64,000 nucleotides of DNA. It comes from Diplonema japonicum. Taxonomy: Eukaryota; Protista; Euglenozoa: Diplonemea. The stretch's first letter is position 1; the number at the start of each line of letters is the position of its first letter. This document shows, piece after piece, positions 36,101 to 45,193 of this stretch. Under the pieces are notes generated by a model. That model was given only the letters and a program-made list of their open reading frames with translations, did not search any database and was not told where the DNA came from. The position numbers were made by a program, and so were the translations under genes. The stretch spans positions 496,001 to 560,000 of the forward strand of contig OZ025688.1 in NCBI GenBank assembly GCA_964019335.1. The letters run 5' to 3'.

Positions 36101-36998
36101 GTACGGCACTCCTTCTATCAGTGACATGCTGTACACAAGTAGCAACGGAGAAGCTGTCGTAGAAGAACAACAGGTGCTCCTTGTGACGCCCTCCTTGTGC
36201 CCTGGGGATGACAAGAAGGCAAATAAAGTTCGTGTGAGACGACGCGACAGAAAGCGTGTGAAGAATAATAGTAAGGTGCGAAAGACTGTTTCCAGAGTAG
36301 ATCACAGCGAGATCTTCAAGCAGAGACTTCCCAGTGCAGCGCGTGTTCTGATGTGGTGTGCTGGTGTGGTGGTTGCTGTTGTTGCCGCACCGCCCCCTTA
36401 CAAACTAACTCTTTCGGAGACGCGCAGGGTGGAGCTGTGTGATATGATTGACAGGCTAGTCAAATTGCTGCCTCTGCAAGATCCGGTAGTGTCTCAGCGA
36501 GATGCAAAAAAGGCCCGCTTGCTTATCGAGCATGCCAACGAGTGGCCTGCAAGCCCATCAGCTGCTGCACAGCCGCTGGAACACAAAAGGTTATGCAGAG
36601 CACATACGAAGCTTAAGGATGACTACACAGTACTAGTTTCACCGGTACGCCAGAGAGATGAAATAGTGAAGCCATTCGTACCGAAGAATATACCACCGTT
36701 GGAGGAGTATTGTCCTTCTCTAAACTACTTCTCGTCACGCCTTTCAGCAAGTGTAAAAGGCCCTCACTGTATCATGGAAGTACCACAATCGGCATGGGCA
36801 GCTTGCGTAGCTGCGTTGGCCACTGCCGGCACGACAAGCGTGCTCTACAAGAGGTACTTGATTTTTCTAAACAGGTTGAACATCACAATAAACCACTCAC
36901 CGCATGAAGGACGGCCCCTGTTATCACAGCCGGTGTCCCGTCATGTTGGCGAAAACCTTAACCCAGTTAAATTACCGAAAAAGTATCGTAAACTGTAA
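33153..36998 (+). CDS. EF-hand plus WD40 repeat protein (WDR49/EFCAB8-like architecture)
   Basis: LFCAIDHHGKCSVTWSDF EF-hand-like loop followed by many GH...WD repeats (LRGHKHGVFSL, LKVWD, WKGHKGP...VRIWS). Confidence 0.82.
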   Translation: MLCKETLHHTLCGSLPPHERWDVMDWIKGTRVKECVPLVTESTQEKLREVPAITVSCPESDASEGVDEGQEAAKMLLSMYDTGELTGHDLRMRKLAAPFRASNDLPQDDERRWWGEAKGFTIALVQTFGERMQEVEQLFKRFPHGMHVHKFVSIMLDVVRRVQRGQALPLVEEDGKNVRAYCNSTRETEQDLVNEWVRMRAKQRSHVHSIDYMQSNSVLEWFLADLFCAIDHHGKCSVTWSDFNAYVIDVTMQGKESYYEETPIEPYTRSTIEADLCDTKKVIYHGGLDRMVFVTGDNHCNLVSPSFKIIQEYPIKPSYGNVLDVTFIAGTQCRLAAATSDCVVRLFDISSRQFLCSETFGVSQTALHWCERESFLYSGNRNGKISCLRLTDDDKRCHVTETICSHQSTTTAMLTLPDSQLVSASLERDIKIYNPATHQEAAALRGHKHGVFSLSFSPLYNFIASSGFEPQPFLWVPNASNSKPFILQDHDPHTARIVKVHMVMGTPQLLTMDLKGILKVWDVRTLKVHSTISCSEGGCKVQDFMHYDRRNMVIPCGGVSAKKDHMAVLRQNLVGRGTRPVVAVVILNSIKAFLTCSGGDGLLWDAHKGHLLKILFSCCDKVCSVCVPPSELRVFIGTCAGAIMVYGIEGVFLKRIVAHTGPVISLLYINSIEAVLSMEKNGGPSVVSHDLYSKKLGNGKIRIDAKCAAYCARMDLLLIGEAVNVVSVWDYRQGKLFMRCVNYPCDAQVTSVLVGKDDEVFISADSSGGFNMYNFSGDKLASWVNNNTDTAYTPAIIDMQYFAMYNFLYCCDTSGCILIYELDPPQQHVPQFYSSVFANPKRGPNATNDTVKEETQPLRTPPRLIWYWKGHKGPCNVVQIWVPPTVGVMCVTTSGDDAEVRIWSMWGRLLGTLSIKTEHENAVAVHPKEVHSKLVEGTAVPALRYPMMTGPLAGSLCGLFGLEEPHPQAYNDIPLPWGEQGSVYGTPSISDMLYTSSNGEAVVEEQQVLLVTPSLCPGDDKKANKVRVRRRDRKRVKNNSKVRKTVSRVDHSEIFKQRLPSAARVLMWCAGVVVAVVAAPPPYKLTLSETRRVELCDMIDRLVKLLPLQDPVVSQRDAKKARLLIEHANEWPASPSAAAQPLEHKRLCRAHTKLKDDYTVLVSPVRQRDEIVKPFVPKNIPPLEEYCPSLNYFSSRLSASVKGPHCIMEVPQSAWAACVAALATAGTTSVLYKRYLIFLNRLNITINHSPHEGRPLLSQPVSRHVGENLNPVKLPKKYRKL

Positions 36999-37046
36999 GC
37001 GCTATCTTTGTTTGTTTGTTCTATTGCAAGCTTTATTACAGTTGGG

Positions 37047-40000
37047 ATGGGGAAGAGTCAGCCTCATGTGAACAAATGGAGCAACGAGCGAAAGAAGCTC
37101 AGCAAGAAAATAACAAAAGTAGAGGCCGCTGAAGGGAAGCACCCGTGCCTAGTTCAAGGGGGATGCAGTGGGGGTGCAAGATGCTCTTTGAAACCTTTTG
37201 CTCAGGGTGTATGTAAAATGTGGATTGAGGGTAGGTGTTGCGAAGACGAGTGTCTGTACATACATGATGTGGTGACAAGAAAGAGAAAGCGGAAAAGACC
37301 ACCTAAGAAGCCACCTGTTGTTAGTCTCACGAAAGAAAGCAAAACAGAAGCCGAAGGGGAATGGATGCCCCCTGTTCATACTTTTTCCCTACCAGTGTCA
37401 TGCTTTGTGACTGAAGGCAGCAGGCGTCCTTTGATGACCCTGGATGCCATCAAGGACATCGACTTGTGGGCCGCTGTCTCGCCCTTAGAGCTGGCTGCCA
37501 CACCACCTGTCCACGACACAGAAGGCTTGTGGAAGCAACCCAAGAGACGCAGGCACAACGTGCACGTGAAGTACTCCGATGACTCTGAAACGGTATTGCT
37601 CCATCCCCTGCCACAGGGGGACGTTCAAAAGGGAACATACAGCGATGGTTCCCACATGGCGCAAGCGGTGGGTGTGATTTGCGACTGGGTGTTCAGAGCT
37701 GCCGACATCACAGAGGGTGACATATTATACAATTCATGTGACACGCGGCCTACTGTAGAGTGGCAAGAAAAGGCACAAAGGTGTACACTAAAGGCTGCTG
37801 AGACGTGGAAGGCGACAAATTTCAACAAGTTATCGCAGTGCATCCCCAGGTGCTACATGGATGTGAAGGGCACATCAGGACAGCTCGCAGCAAGGGCATG
37901 CCCCGTGATATACGTGCGGAAGTTCGCGCACACAGTGGTCACGTCCCTGGGTTCAGCTTTCGTAGATGACAACAAGTACGGCAAGCAAAATCTGTCTCTT
38001 TTGTGCGAGTATTTGGATGCCCTGTTACAGGGGAACGGCGGAAGCTTCGGTGACTACATACCATCTGAGCGGTATGTGCTGCGGCTGAAGCTCAAAGCAC
38101 TTCCATGGCTACCCGCTCACGCTAATGATGCAGTGAGGCATGCTTGCAGATCACGGCTGGCTGGGAGGTGGTTTCACTTCATGATCTCGCAAGTAGCAGT
38201 ACCCCTTGTAAGGCGATACTTCCCTGCACAACGAGAAGACGGCCCTTCACTCCTGTTCTATCACTACCCCGTGTGGAGGCGGCTGTGGCGTGCATTCTAT
38301 GAGCGTCCCCCTGGCTATGTGAAAGGTTTCCCATCGATCCCTGTACCCGTTTCGAAGGACATCTTGAAGCTGTTCACTCTTTTAGATCGCGCAACAGATG
38401 GTGTGGTGATGCTGCGGGAGCTGCATGAGGGACTCCAGGCTGTGCTGAATAACGATACTCACATTGGGTCCATCCATACACAAGTGCAGCGGGTGCTTAA
38501 GATCTTGTCTGAAAAGGGAGAGCTGCTAGGTGTGAACGATGCAAGGTCTTGTTATATTATGCTTATGAAGGGCGTGACACGGCAGAGCGAGTTTGATGTT
38601 GTCCCAGTGGTAGAGGACGGTCACATTATCAGCAGGCACACAGGACGTGGTCGTGCTAGAATGGGTGGTCCTGGTCCGATGCAGCTCAGGGTAAAAAAGA
38701 CTGGAGGCCCGCGATGGGCCAGAGTGCTGTGGAAATGCGGTGTGTCCCCGAGTGACATATCAATCAGAGGTACAACGATACGGCGCTGGGTCCACAGGCA
38801 GGCCACCCTCGGGCTGCAGCGAGTAGACTTGCGACATGCCATCTACCCGCTGGTAGGCGGTAATATCAATAAACTAAAACCTTTTGTGAAACTGAAGTCC
38901 AAAAACAGACGGATTACGTTGCCCTCGCCCATTTCAGATGCCGAAACGGTGTTCGAGGTCTCGGAGGATCTGAACTCAAAGACGGTGAAGCTGCTTGCAA
39001 GAGCAGGTACCAAGCACATGGTCAAGGAAGAGGCCTCCGAGCACACGATGCTGCGGCTTTTGAAGAAGGCGATGCCATTTGTAGCCCCTGGTGGGTACCA
39101 CTTGCTGCATACAGATGCGTCACAGGCGTATGACGCGATCGACCACGATGCCGCCTGTGATATCTTAGACACCATGAGCTGTGAAAAGAACTCAGAACTT
39201 ACGCAGCTGATGATGGAGGCCGTTAAGGGAAGGGCGTCGGGTGTGCCACAGGGTTGGGTGTTGAGCGAATTGATCAACGACGAGCTGCAACGCAGGAAGG
39301 TTGAGACGATGAAGAACTTCGGGCGTGACGCCGTGTCACCCTACTTCATACGGATCGCGGACGACATCATTGGCATCGCCTGCAGCAGGGAGACCATGGA
39401 CCTGCTTGTCCTGTACTTGGCGCAGCCGGACTTCGCACACGGTGTGATCCCGAACGCGCTCAAGAAGCAGGCTGTGACACCCTCCGACTTGCACGGCACT
39501 GTGCTATTCAACGGGCTTCGCATCAACACAAAGCTCGAGGTCTACCCTGACATCTTTAAGTACTGCAAGTCGCCAATGTGGAAGCGCATCACGGTGCACG
39601 CCAGAGGAACTGTACCTATGTATACCACTGACCCGGAGCTGCTGGCCATGCTCAGCAATGGGAACATCACTGACTCAGTCATCCTCAAAGGCGTGCAGGA
39701 GGCAGAGAGAAGGAAGACGCTTAGGCACCGCAAGGCACCAAATGTGTCGCGGAGGTTGGTGGAGTACCCGCTGACCTTTATAAAGAATAATTTGAAACAC
39801 ATTGCCTTGGACCCCGTGTTGAATGACAGGCGCAGGCTGCACAAAACACTGCTCGTTGCAGTGCTGATCGGATGGTGTGCCTTCTATGCCCTGGTTGGGA
39901 AAGGGCTGTTGCCGCAGAGCTGCACCGCGCTGGTGCGGAGGTCTGCTGATGTGCTGCACGTGAGGATCTTTGCCTTCATCTCAACGTTCCGTGCTGTGAA

Positions 40001-40259
40001 TGCCGACTGCGGGAGGAGCCTAGTCCTGCTCTCCAGGTACCTGACAGCACACCATGCAGTGTCCGCTGTTCCGCCTCACTCTCCTTATTACTACCCTACG
40101 ATCTCCTTGTACACTGATGCCTTACGTGCGTATTCTTCACGCAAAGAACACTCTTGCAGTGTGTGCTGCAGTGTAGCGAAGCCATCTGTGTGGGAGCTTG
40201 TGGTTAGATCAGCAATGCAGAATTGGGTGGTGCCTTTCGAGGGGGGCTTTAGGGATTAG
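37047..40259 (+). CDS. TERT: Divergent telomerase reverse transcriptase (TERT)-like protein, 1070 aa, apparently intronless
   Basis: T-motif-like WFHFMISQVAVPLVRRYFPAQREDGPSLLFYHYPVWRRL (38169-38288); motif 1/2-like MQLRVKKTGGPR; A HTDASQAYDAID (D at 39114); B' GVPQGWVLS (39240); C FIRIADDIIGI (DD 39360-65); D HGVIPNALKK; E FNGLRINTKLEVYPD. No endonuclease, RNase H, integrase or LTRs; flanked by ordinary genes. Confidence 0.8.
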   Translation: MGKSQPHVNKWSNERKKLSKKITKVEAAEGKHPCLVQGGCSGGARCSLKPFAQGVCKMWIEGRCCEDECLYIHDVVTRKRKRKRPPKKPPVVSLTKESKTEAEGEWMPPVHTFSLPVSCFVTEGSRRPLMTLDAIKDIDLWAAVSPLELAATPPVHDTEGLWKQPKRRRHNVHVKYSDDSETVLLHPLPQGDVQKGTYSDGSHMAQAVGVICDWVFRAADITEGDILYNSCDTRPTVEWQEKAQRCTLKAAETWKATNFNKLSQCIPRCYMDVKGTSGQLAARACPVIYVRKFAHTVVTSLGSAFVDDNKYGKQNLSLLCEYLDALLQGNGGSFGDYIPSERYVLRLKLKALPWLPAHANDAVRHACRSRLAGRWFHFMISQVAVPLVRRYFPAQREDGPSLLFYHYPVWRRLWRAFYERPPGYVKGFPSIPVPVSKDILKLFTLLDRATDGVVMLRELHEGLQAVLNNDTHIGSIHTQVQRVLKILSEKGELLGVNDARSCYIMLMKGVTRQSEFDVVPVVEDGHIISRHTGRGRARMGGPGPMQLRVKKTGGPRWARVLWKCGVSPSDISIRGTTIRRWVHRQATLGLQRVDLRHAIYPLVGGNINKLKPFVKLKSKNRRITLPSPISDAETVFEVSEDLNSKTVKLLARAGTKHMVKEEASEHTMLRLLKKAMPFVAPGGYHLLHTDASQAYDAIDHDAACDILDTMSCEKNSELTQLMMEAVKGRASGVPQGWVLSELINDELQRRKVETMKNFGRDAVSPYFIRIADDIIGIACSRETMDLLVLYLAQPDFAHGVIPNALKKQAVTPSDLHGTVLFNGLRINTKLEVYPDIFKYCKSPMWKRITVHARGTVPMYTTDPELLAMLSNGNITDSVILKGVQEAERRKTLRHRKAPNVSRRLVEYPLTFIKNNLKHIALDPVLNDRRRLHKTLLVAVLIGWCAFYALVGKGLLPQSCTALVRRSADVLHVRIFAFISTFRAVNADCGRSLVLLSRYLTAHHAVSAVPPHSPYYYPTISLYTDALRAYSSRKEHSCSVCCSVAKPSVWELVVRSAMQNWVVPFEGGFRD

Positions 40260-40401
40260 CTAGAATACGAAACGAATCGGGGGAGTTCCCCCTCCCCTTC
40301 CCCCCGCATTTTTCTTTTGTTTGTAAGATTTATCAAGCCACGCACAGCATACACACACACGACAATGCTGTGAAACGTTCTGCCAACATAAGCAGCTATC
40401 G

Positions 40402-41018
40402 ATGTCGAGAAGCAAAGTAGACGTGGCCCAGTACCCGTCGTACTGCAAGTATATTCCGGTGATTTCACAGCTGCTGGCGTCGCTGTCGAAGAGAGGTGAC
40501 GTGGTGGCGAAGCAAAAGGGTTTGTCGGAGTCCGTGTACGATGGGGCCAAGATGCCATCCATTGCACTAGAGGACTACTTGAACAGGTGGGTGAGGTATA
40601 GTTTTTGCAGCAAGGAAACGTTCGTTCTGGCAGTGGTGTACATTGACCGGCTATCTCACGCCACTAATGTTGTCATCACATCACTAAACGTGCACAGGTT
40701 AGTCCTGACTTCGTTGGTCCTTGCCGCGAAGGCTCGGGACGATATTTACTATTCAAACAAGGTATTTTTTTTTAAGTTTTTGCAACTTAAATTGAACACA
40801 GTACTATGCCTCCATCGGAGGTATCACTACTAAGGAGATGAACAGGCTTGAGGCACAATGGCTCACGGACATCGATTGGCATGTCTTCATCAGTCCTGAG
40901 CAATACGTCATGTACACCTCGGAGTTTAACAAGCACGCTGGGGTATGGAAGATTCTTTTAATAAAAAAAAAAAATGGACGATCGACAGATGCAATCCGCT
41001 ACCGAAGAGGCTCGTTGA
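40402..41018 (+). CDS. PHO80-like / U-type cyclin (CYC2-like); exons 40402-40761, 40802-40942, 40989-41018
   Basis: PSIALEDYLNR...VYIDR...NVHRLVLTSLVLAAK..DDIYYSNK|YYASIGGITTKEMNRLE; the 40-nt intron restores the conserved motif. Confidence 0.9.
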
Positions 41019-41453
41019 ACATTAGGTGGAAAAAAGAATTTTTTTTTGGTTGCTACCATATAGGCCCCCCCCGATTTTTTTTTTGATTTGACAACAAAAG
41101 AAAAAAGAAGCGGGAAAAGAAAAAGAAGAAAAAAAACGGGAGGGTTATTATGAGCAAAAACAAAAGAAAAAAACAAAACAAAACAAAAAGAAATGCTCCA
41201 TAAAAAAGTCCCCCCCCCCCCAGCAACAAAGAAGAAGGGTGAAAAGGTGGCAAGGAACGGACCTGATAGATCACCTTGAGAAGGTTGCTGTTGTGTTGCA
41301 ATGTTTTTTTTTTTTCTTACCATCCTTATATCATGTTTTCCTTTTTCCGTCACAAGATTTTCATTTTTCAAAAAAAAAAAAAAAAAAAAAAAAAAACAGA
41401 AACTTTGATTCACATGTAGTAATTTTAGTACCACTCAGCGGTATTAAATGCAC

Positions 41454-41484
<31 letters not shown>

Positions 41485-42612
41485 AAAGACGTAACGAAGG
41501 TGGTTTATAACACAGTTCTCAATTTAGAGAAAAGAGTGTTTAAAAAAAAAAAAGGAAGAATGAAAAACGACTATTTTGTTTTTTGTTTCTCACCCATCAG
41601 TGTTCGGAAAAAGAGGGTCGGGGGCAGTTTTCTTTAGCGAAGGTATCTCACCCCTAGTTCTTTGTCCCTGGAACCCAGATTTTTCTGAAGACGCAATCGA
41701 GGACATGGCATGACAGAATACACGACTTTTCAAAAGTTCCAATTGTGACTCAGAAGCATGTTTCCCCCCCCTTTTTTTTTCTCTTCTTTCCCCCAAAAAT
41801 AATGCGAAGGGGACGCGTAATTATCAGGAATCAGGACCAAGTTTTTTTTTTTTTTTTTTTTTTTTTTGTAAGCCGTTGCACACAACAAAGAATCAAAACC
41901 ATCGCCGCAACCCTGTAAGCCTGCTTAATTAATTTCCCTTGGGCAGCTTAAAAAACTTAACACACCCACCTGAAGGGGACATAATTAAGAGGTTTACAGT
42001 ACCTTTCCCCCCTTTTTGATCTTTTCGGGTCCGAAAGCGAAGTTTTCGGCCTGCAGTCCTTTTTTTTCTCTTGGGAAAGAAAAGGGATACAAAGAAAAAA
42101 AGAACTAAGAGGAGTAGAACAAAAGGGGCGGCGAAAATGGAGGGGAAATGGAGAAAAGAAAAGGGAGATTCTTTCTGCAAAGAATTCTACTGCCAGTAGC
42201 ATCCAGTCGTGTGCCTGTTCAAGGGGATTGGATAGCCGTGGCGAAAGTAGCACCCGCTGAGAAAATTATGTTCCATTTTATAACTTTTTTGCCCTTTCCC
42301 CTGTTCGCCTCTCCTCTTTTTATTTCCCCTTTGTTTGTAAGGGAAACGTGTCCTTTTGTCTTTTGTTGTCCTCTTTACATCTCACCCCTCTGTCGCCTCA
42401 AAGGCCACTGATCTAGCAAACCCCGCCTTGGAACACGGGACATGGCGCATAGGTTTCAAGTGGAGCTTATTGATGACCTCATGACCCTTCTTCTTTTTTT
42501 CTTTCGTTCCTTTCTTTTCTCCCCCGTGTCGTGTCTCAAAAGCCACCTGTCTTCCACCCTTTCACTGCTTTCCACTTTTAGGGTTTCGAATTTGAATAAC
42601 AACAAAGAAAGA

Positions 42613-43467
42613 ATGGGTAACTGCGGTGGGAAAGAGAAGGCGCCCCCTGCAACGGAGCCCAGCCCTGCGATTAGGAAGGGCAGTGTTGTGCTTCGGGGGT
42701 ACCAGATTGGGGAGGATGCTCAAGAGGGCGATAGCTACTTGTTTGTGTTGGGCGATGAGGGTGAGTTCAAGGTCGTGCGGGGCGTGTCATCAGTAATAGA
42801 TGGGAAGAAGGTAATCGTAGCTGAGGAGCCCGAAGTTGTGGTGGTGAACTACACAACACTTGAGGACGGGGACGGGCTGCTGAAAGGGTCCACATGGGAG
42901 GGGGAGGTGCAGTTCATCAAGACAGCCAACGACGAGAGGATCTTAGACCTCGTGAAGAACGATAGGCGTGTCATCCAGTACAGGTGTGACCTCAACATCC
43001 CCATGGCTGTAGGCTACCCACAGCCCTTCCCTTCTGCTGACTCACGCATCACAACTCCTGAGCGTGCCATGACGAGGCCGTACTACTCTAGCGGTTCTCC
43101 CAAATTCCTCGACGGCTCGTCGAAGTCCACCTTTCAGCAGGGCATCTTCAACATCATGGACCAGGTCGCGGAAGCCGCCACTGTCAGGTCCTACGGCGAC
43201 AAGACCACAGGCATCACCGTCCTTCGGGAAATGGACATGGTATGCACGAAGCACAACCCACACTCCTACAGGCCATCCTTTGCGGATTCTTCGTTGCACG
43301 TACGTGGTTGAACTGACGCCTCCACTCCTCCCACAGTAGTTACCGCGCCGAAGGCTGACGGGTGCTGCAAACAGAAGCAGCACCCTTGCTGGCCCTGGTG
43401 CCTGATAGAAAGGAACATAGATCTATCAGTGAGGCCACTGATTATAAGTGCTTTCCTCCGTCATTGA
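42613..43467 (+). CDS. Hypothetical N-acylated protein; probable exons 42613-43239, 43272-43299, 43337-43467
   Basis: MGNCGGK myristoylation/palmitoylation motif; two short GT...ACAG introns; 3' exon structure tentative. Confidence 0.55.
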
Positions 43468-43522
43468 AGCTCTCTTTTATTGTCTGCTTTGGTTCGACAC
43501 TTCAGCCAATACAGGTACGAGG

Positions 43523-44854
43523 ATGAGAAAGTTCTCAAAATGGCCTAAACATGTGCCGCTGCTAGTGGGGGATGACACGCGAGAGACGATGAAGTTGTCG
43601 GTAGAAGACTTCTCAGGGGCACAGCTGCAGCGGGTACGGGTGTGGATGCGGTGCCTCATGCGGCGGGTGCCTGTTGATGTGTTGCATATCATATTGTACT
43701 TTGCACGGGATGTGTTTAGAAGGGGCGACGTTACTGTCATCCAAAATCTCCTGAAGAGCGCGCGTACTGGAGCCCCTCTCGAAACACAGACGGCCATCAG
43801 AATCTTCAGAGGCTACGACGTTTACATCGAAGAGAAGAACATCAGTAGCACGTTGCCCATTGTTTTCAGCAGAGTGCGGTGGGGTACCCCCTGCAAGCAA
43901 GTCATCATCTTCAGCAAGAAAGACGACGCTCTTCAGCCATTTGAGCAGAAGGTTACAGCGATGCTCACCAACATCTCCCACTCCTTTGAACCTCCCCTTG
44001 AGAAAGACTACCTCTCAAAGATCATCACGGTTACTTCTAATGTCAGGTACATCTCTGAGATCAGCATCCAAGATGCAAGCTCGCTCAAGGCTGTTGTCGT
44101 TGTCCGTGCCGACCAGCTGGAGGGCGGAGTGCTGAAAAACCTGGACAAATTAATCACACAGAAAACGCCTCCCAATTGCCAGATCCTTGGTTACTACAAA
44201 AGCCCAACGGGTCATGAATTGAATGTGGCACACCGCACATTCTGTGAAAAGTATATATGTGATAACCAAATCATTTCTGAAATGTGGCAGCACCTCGGGC
44301 CTCGCTGTGAGACTGATCACGCGAAGACGTCTGAGAACCGCACAGTGCGGCGCTACAACGACTACGGGTGGGGGGCCGCACTGGGGCAGAGAGTGATCAA
44401 GGTCAAGGACATCGCTGCGAGAATAGCATTTACTTTGAAGCCAGAGAGAGATCTTCCGGAGGGGATGATGCTTGGGGTAGTCCCCACGCAGATCTTTAAA
44501 GACAAGCTTGGGGAGCACTTTAGCAGCGTGAAGTCCATCCCGTTTCCTGGAGTGGTGTACACGACATCTGCCTTCGGGGGGTTGATATTCGTTTCAGGAA
44601 CACGCGGCCCCGTCGCCGAAGACCTCCCCACTCTACGTGCCACTGAGACCTTGTACGTTACAGTCAACCACACATTGCCTCTTATCACCTTCCACATCAA
44701 TGAACGGTTGATCTGGAGCACCTCAAGCCTCAAAGGCTACACACCCCCCGCCTGCGACCTCTCTCCCTACACCTTGCTTGGGGGTATTGGCGTTGGGGTT
44801 ACTTTCTACCCAATCAAGACAGGGTGGAAGCGACATGAAGGCATTCAAAGGTAA
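43523..44854 (+). CDS. Hypothetical protein with C-terminal SPRY/B30.2-like domain
   Basis: Beta-rich C-terminus (WGAALG, MMLGVV, ITFHINE, LSPYTLLG); ATG follows a TACAG acceptor. Confidence 0.6.
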   Translation: MRKFSKWPKHVPLLVGDDTRETMKLSVEDFSGAQLQRVRVWMRCLMRRVPVDVLHIILYFARDVFRRGDVTVIQNLLKSARTGAPLETQTAIRIFRGYDVYIEEKNISSTLPIVFSRVRWGTPCKQVIIFSKKDDALQPFEQKVTAMLTNISHSFEPPLEKDYLSKIITVTSNVRYISEISIQDASSLKAVVVVRADQLEGGVLKNLDKLITQKTPPNCQILGYYKSPTGHELNVAHRTFCEKYICDNQIISEMWQHLGPRCETDHAKTSENRTVRRYNDYGWGAALGQRVIKVKDIAARIAFTLKPERDLPEGMMLGVVPTQIFKDKLGEHFSSVKSIPFPGVVYTTSAFGGLIFVSGTRGPVAEDLPTLRATETLYVTVNHTLPLITFHINERLIWSTSSLKGYTPPACDLSPYTLLGGIGVGVTFYPIKTGWKRHEGIQR

Positions 44855-45088
44855 AGGTAGTAGAGAGGCTTGAGTCTTGTACCTCTACGAAAGCCACTAA
44901 TTGTACCACTAGCGCGTGCGCTGTGAACAGAGGTGGGGGGGGGGGGGGGGGGGACTGGCTTGGCTTTCTTTTTTTCGAGAATAGGGGAGCGCAATATCCG
45001 CCCATTGATTAAGGTCATCTTTGATGGAATGGACGACTTACGGACTGCCAGAAGATACAGTGGCGTGTAGATATCTAGCCAAAGTGTT

Positions 45089-45193
45089 CTCAGGTGATCG
45101 CGGCATCAGCCTTCAAGCGGATCCCTGTCTTAATGATGCCGAAAGAACCCCAGCATTAAGCAGCCTGGGGTTCAATGTGCTGTATCACCTGAG
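45089..45193. ncRNA. Candidate structured RNA: three-way junction of perfect helices
   Basis: CTCAGGTGAT/ATCACCTGAG (10 bp) encloses CGGCATCA/TGATGCCG (8 bp) and GAACCCCAG/CTGGGGTTC (9 bp); family not recognised. Confidence 0.45.

Noticed and set aside
37008-40259. Retrotransposon, group II intron or retron interpretation of the RT
   Set aside because: No APE/REL/GIY-YIG endonuclease, RNase H, integrase, LTR, poly(A) tail or TSD; T-like and E-LEV motifs favour TERT.
45089-45193. Hammerhead ribozyme call for the three-way junction
   Set aside because: The CUGANGA core is absent on both strands.
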